A stretch of 64,000 nt of DNA, taken from NCBI GenBank assembly GCA_027604505.1, contig JADIIX010000035.1, positions 62,001 through 126,000 on the forward strand. The letters are read 5' to 3'. Origin of the DNA: Gonapodya sp. JEL0774 (Eukaryota). The notes beneath the pieces are model-generated. The model was not told the origin of the DNA. It saw nothing but the letters and a program-made list of their open reading frames with translations, and did not search any database. Below are positions 1 to 10,959 of the stretch, one piece after another. A program made the translations under genes and the position numbers. Within the stretch, counting starts at the first letter, position 1; each line of letters starts with the position of its first letter.

Positions 1-32
1 CACACACGTCACTCCTCGCTGCATACGCACCA

Positions 33-939
33 ATGTCCTCCTTTTCCAGCCCTAACCTCTGTCACTGGTGCTACAAGACATTCCCCAAGTCGGACTTGCT
101 CAAATTCGGTTTCAAGGCCGACTATGTGAGACTCTGTGGACCATGCAGAGCCGTCAAGTGGAGAGACGAGAAAAACAAAATGCAGAGGAAGCAAGAGGCA
201 GCGGCTGCAGCAGCAGCGATTGCTGCGGTAGTTGCTGTCGCCGAAGGAGACGTTATCGCATCCGCCACTTCTTCCACCACCTCGGCGACTGGTCAAGAGG
301 CGACTGCCACCGCAAGTACCGCAGCCCGCGTGAAGAAGGCTAAAGCAGGGCCTGATCCATACAACATCAATAAGCAAACTGCAAAGGAGCTCTATTGTCT
401 CAGTGAAGCCGATATGGCCCGGTTCGTGAGTAGCGCCAGAGTCACTTAGTGCGATACTAGAAAGAGACCTCTCATGTTCCTCCTTCACCGTACACCAGCC
501 CCATTGCACGACTTACCACGAATCGGGTCGATCGTACTACGAGCGGGTCTGGGTCGAGGTGAGCTGGGCGTGGGAAAACATGTGTAGCAATCACTAACTC
601 CGATCCTGTGGGTCTCAAAGTACCTCTACCGACGCAGCGAAATCCTTGAGTATGCGCGTACAAAGTGGGGAGGAGACGGAGGAATCGCGGTGGGTTACTG
701 TGCTGTCTCGAGTTGCTTATCGCTACCCATTCACCGCTTGTCATTTCTCGGCGCGGAACTCCATTTCACACCGACCCGGGCACGGTTCCAAACCATTCTT
801 CACCCAGGCTCGCTGCAGGGACCGCGCCTGTCGTCGTGGGGAGAGGATTCAAAGGAAGATGGATCGTGAGGTTGAACCGGCGGTGGAAGCAGAAGGAGAG
901 GAGGTGAGACCAGAAGACATGGAAGTGGTAGCTGTGTGA
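33..939 (+). CDS. XPA-like C4 zinc-finger small protein (3 exons predicted)
   Basis: CHWC-x20-CGPC followed, after an Ala/Ser/Thr-rich linker, by INKQTAKELYCLSEADM, which resembles the XPA DNA-binding core (CxxC-x17-CxxC...ITKTEAKQEYLLKDCDL). Predicted exon 499-558 reads PHCTTYHESGRSYYERVWVE. The last exon, ending at the TGA at 939, is uncertain. Confidence 0.4.
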
Positions 940-1459
940 GATCCGACTCTGGTGGTGGGCCAGGCGGATGTCTACGAGGTGGTTCCTATTTCATGATTCT
1001 CCTATCTGTGATTCGTCGCTATTTTACTATGAATGTCTAACTTTGCTACGTAAATGAATTGATTTCTGTTGTCTCGTCAAAAATTGCAAAAGAATCTTAG
1101 TTTCTGGCGAAAGGAAGTTAGAGTCACCGCATGGACTTGAAATCGCACATGCTTCCTGATAAAACAGAGCCATCGGATTTCGCAACCTAAGCCTGCCAGG
1201 ATTTGAAGCAGATGGCGAACCGCGATTGCATGTTTCTTCGGGGAATCTGTGCATGGTGGTGCGACCTCCCTGGAGCTGCCTGGAGTAATACCCTGATCAC
1301 TGTCAACCCTGTGATCATCTTTTTGTACCTTCAGTCAGGATCCGAATATACCTGTCCTACAAAGCAGATCAATACTCCAGAGCACTTGAGACGCAGACGA
1401 TATGCAATCTCAATCTGCGCCCCCGCGTAGGACTTCGATGCCCTCGGCACGTGTGTATT

Positions 1460-4108
1460 ATGGCACTAAATGTTGATACCGTCGATGATTCGCGGCATCG
1501 ATACTTGACGCCACTCAAACCAGATCCTCCTATCTTTCTTTCTGCTGGACCTACAGCCAATTCATCGGATTCCGCCGCGACAAAGATAGACTCCAAGCCT
1601 GAGTCCGATTATCTGCCTTGGTACGCTTTTAGATTACGCTCCGCGATTCTATTCATGGTTATACTCGAGTGAGTAGTCTCTCGTGTTGGAAATTACTGTC
1701 ATTCAGGTCGAATACCGATGTGCACTTTTGTCACAGAGTCAGCATCGTCGCCGTCACTCTTACCACTCTCAACTACATCTCCCAACGGAGCTCAAACGCT
1801 GATGCCATTGCACAGGGTACTTCTGGAATTGTAGCCCTTGCCACTCAACTCCAGAGGGGAGCAAGCAAGGAAATCAGGACGAGCATGGGTAAGCTTCCAT
1901 CACAAGAATGTGATCATCACCACTGGAATACCCAAAACCTATCAACCGCAGATTCATACCTCAAGAAACTCACCGTTTTGGCAAACAACACAGCCAACTT
2001 AGTCCACTACGGAGTGGTCGACGTGACGGATTACGAGTGCGTTCTTTATGTAACCTCCCCAAGCTAATGCAACTCATACGCATGCGACGAATCACCTTCG
2101 TATACCAGCACGTTGGTCCCCCTGATGAAAGCCAGCTACATTGGCGCAAACGTAACAGCTGTTGCCATCTTCTTTTGGATGAACTCAACTCTCGAATCAA
2201 TTGGTGTGGGCCCTGTAACCCCGGCGTTGTATGGCAATCTTTGTAAGGACTAAGATCTCGATCGCGCGCTTTGATTTTGCAGTCATCATTGATTGTGGTA
2301 TGGCACATTTTTTTGACATTGTCTGATTACAACCGACCAACTAGCCTACTATAACATCAGTGAGTCTGAATCAATTTACTGGCCCAACGTTCCCGGTCCT
2401 TATCTCCCTTTCATCACCTACCGCAGCTTACGATCCCTCCGTCCCCCTTTTTCAAGTGCAGTATTATGCCACGAACAAGACCTGTGCACGCTTCTGCCCG
2501 GTTGTCAGCACTAACGCCCGGCAGACGTCGTGGTTGTACAATACCACAACAGATTCTGCTACCACACTGCTTTCGACGGTGGGTGAAAAGCATTTTACTG
2601 TGGAGCGAAGAGGGTTGACCTCGATTCTTTATGACCTTGTTGACATGCCATGGCTCGTGTCAGTCGGCTGCCGCATTCAAAGCTTGGACTCGCCCATGGT
2701 ACGTCGACCGGCTTCCTCACGGTCAGATCTCTATCTCCCCTCCCTACACTGCGATATCTCGGGTACGTGCAGCGATCTCGCGCATTTGTTGCTTCTGGTG
2801 GTCGAGATCTGAGATTTTTCGGTGGTCAATACGAATAGCCTGGTAACCCACCACGAGTCTTTCAAGCGCTCGTGTTCTCCCTCTGGACAAAAAATGGCAC
2901 ATTTATCGGGGAGGGCCCCATCAACTACGGGACCCGGGATCTGTGTGGGGTGTTGGAAACTCTCAAGGCGTCGACAACCCCCAACTCGTTCTATTACATT
3001 ATGACACCCAAGGCCGAGGTGCTTGCAATGACGGGAGTTGGTGAGGACCAGACGGTGAGTGGGGCTTTGTATCTTCAGCTCCATGCGGTGGATGAGGCGT
3101 AACATCGTGAACTTCGCGAAGCCCCTCATGCATTTCTCCAATACAAGCGGCTGGCTGCTCAACACTATTTGGGACTACAGCGCTACAGATTTCCCCTTGC
3201 TCAACGTTTCCGCGGCGACCATCTATTCCTACTCGGGCAACAACCTTTCCAACAACTTTGCCGACGCTGAGTTCACCGTGGGAGACTACATGTTCCAGGT
3301 GACATCTTACACGTATGTCAACTACAAGTGGATCATCGTCAGCGGAGCTGTGAGTGGGCACTTTTGAGGGAGCGATCATTCCCTGATGTAAATGGGAAAC
3401 TTTGACTACTTTGGCACGCAGCCGTCGTCGGACTATCTTGGGGAGACTTTGGCACTTCAAACGAGTCTAGCCGATCGACTTTGGAATGTGCAGAAGATGA
3501 TCATTATCATTGGTGAGCCTGGCATCACGAGAAAGCTCTGCGTAGTGAAGTTGTTCATATTCTACCGGATTTCCAGCCGCGGTGATTGTCGTCACCATGA
3601 GCGCGATTTCTGTCATGTTTACGGAGCTCTTGATCTCGAAACCCCTGTCGTTTATTCTCGAGGTTATCGGAATGGGTACGTAACGTTGACTCGAGTGAGA
3701 ACATCTGAAGCGCCGTGGAGAAGCTCAACAAAATTCATTCTTCTCACTCTCAACTCAGCGTCACGGTTTGACTTTTCTGTCATTCGACAAGGGGAACTTC
3801 AGCAGAGAAAGTCGGTCATTGCAGAAGTCTACGTCCTTCAAGACAGGTTCATGTCGATGCTGCACACATTTGCCGACGCTCTACAGAGTGCGTGTTGATC
3901 GTACTCAAAGAGAAGGAGGAAGTCCGATTAACACATCGCTTTGTCGTGTCCTTCCATTCCGTCAGAAAACAAATCGCTGCTGGGAAAAGTAAAATCCTCG
4001 AGCTTCAATGGCGAATCGAGCAAGACCAAGGACGGAGCTTCCACGAGTGTGAACAAACCCGCCGGTACGCTTTTGCCGAAAGTGGAGGAATCGGCTGTGA
4101 TGGAATGA
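1460..4108 (+). CDS. Two-TM membrane receptor-like protein: large extracellular (Cache-like) region, TM2, HAMP-like segment, short tail (multi-exon)
   Basis: ATG at 1460. TM1 is FRLRSAILFMVILE|VSIVAVTLTTLNY. The luminal part has N-x-S/T sites and ends YKWIIVSGA|PSSDYLG. TM2 is MIIII|AAVIVVTMSAISVMF. It is followed by SKPLSFILEVIGM..ASRFDFS..EVYVLQDRFMSMLHTFADAL. TGA at 4106-4108. Confidence 0.6.
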
Positions 4109-4411
4109 GGTCTGTCGTATCGATTCGCGTGAGTTTAGAGAATGGCGATACCAGTTGAGGTGATTAGCCCTAGGCGTTCGTTGTGTTTCAGTGCAAGTAT
4201 ATGTGTGGTATAGTAGAATATAGTTAACACGAAGCACAAAGAGTTGGAGCCATCAGTGTTCATGAATATTAGTGCCAGTTATGTTTGTCCGACTGCGTTT
4301 TCAACCAGGGCACGCCAATCAACGATGGAATCTCTTCGGTTCTCAATAGTCGCCTTTCGAACTAGGAATAATTTTTATGCCGTTTGGAAGAAAATTGAGA
4401 ACGTGGCAACA

Positions 4412-4464
4412 TTTCACATCTGAAATTTGTGAGGTCTGAGAACCCTTAATCTTCAGATGTGAAA
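4412..4464. repeat. Perfect 13-bp inverted repeat with 27-nt spacer
   Basis: TTTCACATCTGAA (4412-4424) is the exact reverse complement of TTCAGATGTGAAA (4452-4464). Confidence 0.85.
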
Positions 4465-5313
4465 CCGTCTTCCGGTCGTCGCTACAGGCGATATATGGCT
4501 CAATTTCCGACTTACATCACTCAAACAAAGTAGAAAGCATCGCTTTGAGGTGCTCAAGGAGCTCATAAGTGGTCGGAAACTTGAGCTCTCGCGTCACGCG
4601 ACCGCACCGCCAGTCGTTCAAAGCCTGATCGGACCCGCTCTGCTTTATCAGGAGCTTTATATTACAACTACGTACCCAGCCCAGATACCTCCCATACACT
4701 CCTTCGAAGTCCGCGCTCGTAAAGCGTCCGCCCTGAGTTGTCAGCCGCGAGACATTCGATCTCCGCGAATCGTACGCCTCGGCACCCTTTTCCATCGCTC
4801 GTATTTCAGTGTGTCTCCAACCAACCGTATATGTGTGCTTCGCCTTCCTCGTGCCGATCGTCCGAGACAGGGTGTATGGACGTGGACGAGCGCAAGTGAT
4901 AGTTTCGGCGTCACCGAGTGAAACACGAGCACCTTCTTTTATATAGTTGGCCTCATTAGTTGTGGTTGACCGTATTGATAAGTTCCGAGCAAAGAACTGT
5001 CCTCGTTCACTGTGATGTAACCGACGAAACCGATCGCGTTGTACTAGTATAACAACAGAAATTCATTTCACCAGACATTACGTGGCGTACAACAGCGTAA
5101 AAAATTTTCCAAAGACGACTGGCTGTCGCATGTTACCCAGCGCAGCCCGGTTGAACCAGCCGAAACCCCGAAAAGAACACAAAATAAGGAAAACAGCGTC
5201 ACAATCGCCACCAAAGACCCGTCCCTATACGTCTCCGTGGTCCCCAACCCCACCCCACACGCCCCACTCCCGTCTGCCCCGTCTCTCCCTCTTTCCCATC
5301 ACATTGATGCCTT

Positions 5314-6646
5314 TCACGCGCCTACGGTACCCATGGTAACGGGCGCCTGAGCCGCGGCTGCGGCCTTCCTGTGGTTGAGGAATCGGAGGGCGAGAGTGGC
5401 CCAGAAAGAGAACCACACAAAGAAGCCAAAGGCCGCAGCGGCGGTCCAGGAACCGCAGTTGATGACGACGTTCAGGTAGTCCTAGTGTGTTGGTGAGTGC
5501 GGGGAGTGGGAGTGTGACGGTTGAGGCGGGAGTGTGGGGTGGAGGGGTTTCAAGGTCAATCGGGTGATGGGGAAGTCTACAAGGTAGCCACTCACATTGC
5601 ACAGAGTGGAGACCGAGGCTGCAGATCCAGCGGCGGAGATCCATTCGATCCAGGCGATGCCTGAATGACGTGGCGACAAGATGAAAAGTGCGAGATCAGC
5701 ACAACAGACTCAGTAGGTGGGACATCGTTCGATGTGACACCTCCAACCCCCCACTCACAATCGTAGACGATGGGGACCAAATAGAAATACATTCTGCGTT
5801 GGTGCTGGGGGAACGCGTTGTAGATTTTGTTTTGGTAGGCGCCAAAGAGGTTGAACATGATGATGTGGACTGGGAGGGTAGATATTAATCCGAGGTGAGC
5901 CGGGAGAAGACAGGTGGATGATTTACAGAATTGGGGGTGTGATGAACTTACCAGAAACGAGGAGTGAAGTGATCATGCTGGTGAGAAAGGGGGAAAAGGT
6001 GATGACGACGGAGGTGAGGGAGTGCTAATGATACGAGATGGGATCCCGGAGTAAACTCACGTCCACCTGCGAAGAGAGAACCGAGATTTTATTAGAAATG
6101 AGAAATGTAAAGGATTCGAACCAAGAAAGAAAAAAAAATTAGTTTCACGAGAGGCAACTCACCAGAACCATCCGTACGATCCGTAGTAGGTCAGCCAGCG
6201 ATTTGAGGCCGCAGCGGCACCTATGGAGAGTGGAAGCGGTATTCGGGAAGTGGAGATTCGAGTGAGCTCAGTCGAAAATAAAGTTGAGTAACAATCGACA
6301 CGCTAATTGACTCACAAAGGCAAATGAAATTGATGAACATGAGCACAAACTGAATGACCCGGACCAGAACCAATCTGTCACTCGTGATAACCTGAGTCTG
6401 CATCTTCCATGTGTTGTCCTTAATAGGAGTGAATTCGACTGCCGGGTTGAGTATGTTGTACTGAGGTTGGACCTGCTGGACAATGACGGCGGGAGCCTTG
6501 GGATCCACGGCAGGAGGAACATAGTACTGAGCGGGCTGGTTGGGAGGCGGGGCATAGTACTGTTGCGGGGGTTGGCCAGCAGGCATGGAGGGGAGCGCCG
6601 GAGCGGAAGGAGCGGGGAGCGGGGCGTTGTTGGTAGGAGCAGCCAT
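5314..6646 (-). CDS. MARVEL-like 4-TM membrane protein, copy A (multi-exon, includes a 6-nt microexon)
   Basis: Pro/Gln-rich N-terminus MAAPTNNAP..., then LVLVRVIQFVLMFINFICLCAAAS, YGSYGWFWWTMITSLLVSVHIIMFNLF, and a last exon NCGSWTAAAAFGFFVWFSFWATLALRF...GA*. Introns are GT-AG. Confidence 0.7.
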
Positions 6647-7702
6647 TTGATTCAGAAGGTCTGGAAGCTTTTGAGCGGGTTTACTGGTGTTTTGAGTTTT
6701 GGGCGAGAAAACGAATTTCGAATTGGAATGGGAAAGAAAGAAAGAATTCTCCACGTTTTTATCCGCAACCTGAAGGGATCAAGGGCCAGCTGCGTGTTTC
6801 GGCACCGCCATCCCGGTGAGGAAGAGGCACCAGGACTAAGCCAGCCCAGCGACAATGGTTACGCCGAGTGCGTGAATTCGACAATTTCAACAGGCACTGT
6901 TTAGTCAAATTAACTGAATTTCTTTTTCAAAATTCCTTCTAGTAGTGCGGTGCCAAACCGGCTGACCGCCAGACGGGAAATCAACTTTCCAAACCAAGCA
7001 GCCCGCCATTCCAGCCCGCAAAGACGGCTGGGACAGAAAATACGTGCATTTTCCGACGAGTGATTGTGCTGGTCTTTTGTAAAACAGTAGTTCCAGGTAA
7101 AGATTTTCCATTGCATTACGACATTGTTTACTTTTGCTTAGGCCTTTTTGCTTCGGGTTCCCACCACCCGTTCCAGAACGCCACGCCGCTCATCACCTCC
7201 CACGTCACACGTGCACAGCCAAATGTGCAGATTTCAGTAGAGTGGATTTAATGATACAACGCACAATATTGCTCCTGGATACACAAATCTGAATGCTGTT
7301 GGATAACTAACCTTCGTCCAGGCCCGGTATTCACCTAAATGTTGGAAAAGGTTCTGTGTTGGTATTTTACCGAAATGGAAACCCTATTGAAAAAAAAATA
7401 TAATAGCAGCGCTTCCGCAACCCCGTTTTGCCGGACGTTTCGCCCATCAGTCGTTCCCCCAAATCGGTGGGGTGTCGAGGAAACGAAGAGAAGGCTGTCA
7501 TGAAACCAGATACTTATTATCAGATGAGCAAGCAGTAAGAACAGTACACTAAAACCATTCTATCTCTATTTATTCCTGACGCTGTTCCCCAACCACTTGT
7601 CCACCCCTCGGCATCCACGGTCCACCCCCACCTCCTCCATTTCCACGAACTCCTACCTCTCCCATCCTGCTCCCATCCCCCATCCCTCCATCCCTCCACC
7701 TT

Positions 7703-9044
7703 TCAAGCATTGACTGCTGCCGCTAGAACCACGGGCACCGCGATCGCCGCGATCGCGGCTCTTCGGTAATTGATGTAGCGGAGACATATGGTGAACGAAA
7801 AGCTGAACCACACAAAGAACCCGAGGGCCGCCCCGGCAGTCCAGGCGGTGCAGCTTCCGTCGAAGGAGTAGGTCTTGTGGGTGGGTGGTGGTGCGGAGGG
7901 GGTCGCGGTGACAGACGTTTAATTTTAGGTTCAGCCAACGCGGTCATGGATGATGAATTGCTCAGCGGAGTAGAACTCTGAAACTCACGTAGCACACGGT
8001 CGACACGTTTGTTGCAGCCTCTGCAGCGCCGAGCCATTGCAGCCACATGATGACTGTTGATACGTACGTGTACGTGGGGATGTCAGTGTCGGACCTTATC
8101 CGCGACAGCAACCCAAAAACGCCGTTCAAATCCGGACCGTCTTCTCACCGTCGTAAACAATCGGAAAATAGAAAAAGTACACGATGGGGAACGTGGAGAA
8201 GATCATGTTTTGGTACGCGCCAAACAGGTTGAACATGAGGATGTGGACTGGTGGGACACCGAATTGGGTGGGAAATCAGCGTTCCGCGCAGTGAGTGTCA
8301 CGGTGTGAACGTATCACGGAGTGCCATTCACACTTACCGGTGATGAGGAGAGAACTGCCGACGGTGTTATCATGCGGAGGGGACAAGTGGTTCCGATTCG
8401 AGGAGAAGTCAGAACTGCGAAATCGATCTTTTTGGGGCAAAAACAACTTGTACAAGAACTCACGTCCACCTACGAGAGAGTAGAGCCGTTCACAGGACGT
8501 CAAAAACGTGGAAACGGAGTTGATCACTCGATACACAACTCACCAGCACCACCCGTACGCTCCGTAATAGGAAAGCCAGCTGTTGGCGCCGGTCGCGATA
8601 CCTGCGGACAATCAGAAACATAGTGAATCAGTAATCAATTCTTTTCGCGGTCATGGAGGGCGCACCACAAGCTCAAATGGGGGTACTTCCGCGAGAACGG
8701 TCGAGTCCAACTCACCGAGACAAACGAGGGTGCTCAGCACCAAGAGAAATTGAGTGAATCGTGCCTAAACCATGGGATCGCTCAGTATCATCTCGGTCTG
8801 CAGAGCCCACGTGAAGTCGTCGATAGACGTGACGTCGACGTTGTTGTAACGCGTCCGGTCGGCTGGCTTTTCATCCGCAGTATCCACGGGGGGGCAGAAT
8901 GTATTGCTGGGCTTGCTGGTCCATGGGGGGTGCAGAATGCTGCTCGTGGTGGTGCCCAGGTGCCGGCACCGCTGTGCCATTGGGAAGCTGGGGAGAGGAT
9001 TTTGCGGCGGCCTCAGGGATGTTGTTGCTAGCAGGAGTGGACAT
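7703..9044 (-). pseudogene. MARVEL-like paralog, copy B, apparently disabled
   Basis: Same exon structure as copy A (WLSYYGAYGWCW, VHILMFNLFGAYQN, SCTAWTAGAALGFFVWFSF). There is a +1 shift in the 7-G run at 8888-8894 and an in-frame TAG at 8765-8767 (SDPMV*ARFTQF versus SDRLVLVRVIQF in copy A). Confidence 0.7.
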
Positions 9045-9653
9045 CTGGCGAGGTTTTTTCTTTTGAATTTCTTGAAAATGTCGTTGGGTCTTGGATTGTG
9101 TATCGTGACTTAAAAGCTGAAGAAGTTCTTGGATATATTATGTATTGATGATATGTAGCCTGGACTCACTTGCATATGACACCCACTCAGCACTGCATCA
9201 GGTACAAATAGAGGAGGTCACATCCGATTGCGTATGATGAAAAATGAGAAGCTGTGGATAGTAGGGATCCGACAATCTTCAAATCAAATCCAATCTGCCG
9301 CTTCCAGATTTCACGGATGGAACTTGATCCCTTGATATGAGTACCTTCATGACAGGCCCCAAGAAACTCATCATTATTAGTGATTGGCCATAATGCATAA
9401 TGGACTGGGACCAGAACAGTCATGGACGGAAACGTTCCCAATCACGTGCCGTGGGGCATCGCTGTTGTTCCCGAGATAATAATATGACCTGGGATGAAGG
9501 CTCCCTCTCACTATCCTCATTCTTCATTTGCTATTTCGACGAACGATCAAATTGTGACACTCATCAATGGTGGACATAACACATTGTGAAATTTTAGGGT
9601 TGATTGCTTTCGGCTTCACAATAATGACTGCAGCATGACCCACGGTGAATGAT

Positions 9654-10664
9654 ATGCGAACAGAAACTCAAATCAAACTTGCCACGCTGGAATCTCAATC
9701 TTTGGAAACTTCATCAACGTACGGACTCGAATCAGACTCGGAATCATCGATTCGAGCGAGCATCGACATTCGTCCCGGATACGCAGACCGTCGCAATCTG
9801 AAAATGGACATCGCTTTTTCCGGACCCGATACTTTGGAACCACGGCCGGCATCCAGCCTCAGCACTGCTTCGCGACCTCCGATCCGCTCACCTGTGACCG
9901 AGCGAGTGCCGGAAACCGGTCCCAGAGTGGTTCAACGGACCGCGACCTCGCCCCCCCGAACACAGCCCCGTCTTCGAAACTTTACCCCCGGGTCCTTGTT
10001 TGGTCACAAAAAGAGCGAAACCACAGATGGGAACGATCTGCGAGGGCGTGGGGTGGCGCCTGTCCGCGTGTCGACCGGTCCTCCGTTTGATACCATTGGG
10101 AAGCCCACTGTGAACTTCTTTCAACACGCCATCGCCTCTTTCAACACTCAACCCCAACCCGACCAGAGCAAACCATCTCTGTTGACCAGCATCACTCGTC
10201 GGCTCTCCGGGTCTCGTAAGAAGTCCCACCAAGGTATCCAAAGAGACGATTCCCTCTCCACTCTCATCGCCACCTCCCCTACCTCCCCCACTTCCCCAAC
10301 CGATCAATCCCGTGAGATTGAAGACCTTCGTGCTCGTATCGCTGAGCTCGAGCACTCTCTTGCTGCCGAGCGTGTTCGTTCCGAGGACATGTCGACTCGT
10401 CTTGAGGCTGCTCTTTCCGAAGCTTCGGAGAGCAAACGTGCGGTATCGAACGTGGAGAAAATTGCCAGAGCCCGCAAGACACATGCGATGGAACTGGAGC
10501 ACGAACTGCGTGTTGCTCTCTCAGTGGCGGGGACTCTCGAAAGGCAGCTGCTCCTCTACGTCAATGGCATCAGTCCGAACGTAGCGCAACTGGAGGCTGA
10601 ATTGAAACTGTCGCTTCAACAGGAGGTGGCTTTGGAGGCGTCCATTGATTCATGCTGTTCATGA
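9654..10664 (+). CDS. Hypothetical protein, Ser/Pro-rich N-terminus and C-terminal coiled coil
   Basis: Open frame of about 336 codons with heptad-like EIEDLRARIAELEHSLAAERVRSEDMSTRLEAALSEA. No family recognised. Confidence 0.6.
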   Translation: MRTETQIKLATLESQSLETSSTYGLESDSESSIRASIDIRPGYADRRNLKMDIAFSGPDTLEPRPASSLSTASRPPIRSPVTERVPETGPRVVQRTATSPPRTQPRLRNFTPGSLFGHKKSETTDGNDLRGRGVAPVRVSTGPPFDTIGKPTVNFFQHAIASFNTQPQPDQSKPSLLTSITRRLSGSRKKSHQGIQRDDSLSTLIATSPTSPTSPTDQSREIEDLRARIAELEHSLAAERVRSEDMSTRLEAALSEASESKRAVSNVEKIARARKTHAMELEHELRVALSVAGTLERQLLLYVNGISPNVAQLEAELKLSLQQEVALEASIDSCCS

Positions 10665-10959
10665 GGAGTTCGTCCTGTGGAGCGCTTGGTGAAGTCGAAC
10701 TTGTTGGAGCGAGGTGGTCGTCAAGGGCGATGACAGTTTTGCCAGTAGCTTCTAGGCTCTTGCAGTTTGTATGTTTATGCAAAGGGGGGATGCTGAGGAT
10801 GAACCTGACACTTATCTGGAGACATGTTTAAAATATGTTTATTAGCACGCACTGGGCCGTCAGTTTTTGTGATTACTGTGAGATCTCAATTCAGCTCATC
10901 TTGTCTGAGAATCGGTGGATTATAATACTGGATGTCAAACCAACGCCAATGTTACTACT

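Noticed and set aside
4430..4450. CTGAGA..ACCCT resembling part of a TPP riboswitch
   Set aside because: The downstream ACCTGAT and P4-P5 core is absent and there is no thiamine gene adjacent.
8765..8767. In-frame TAG as evidence of stop-codon reassignment
   Set aside because: TAG serves as the normal stop for thiolase, PNS1 and GDB1 in this window, and the same gene has other lesions.
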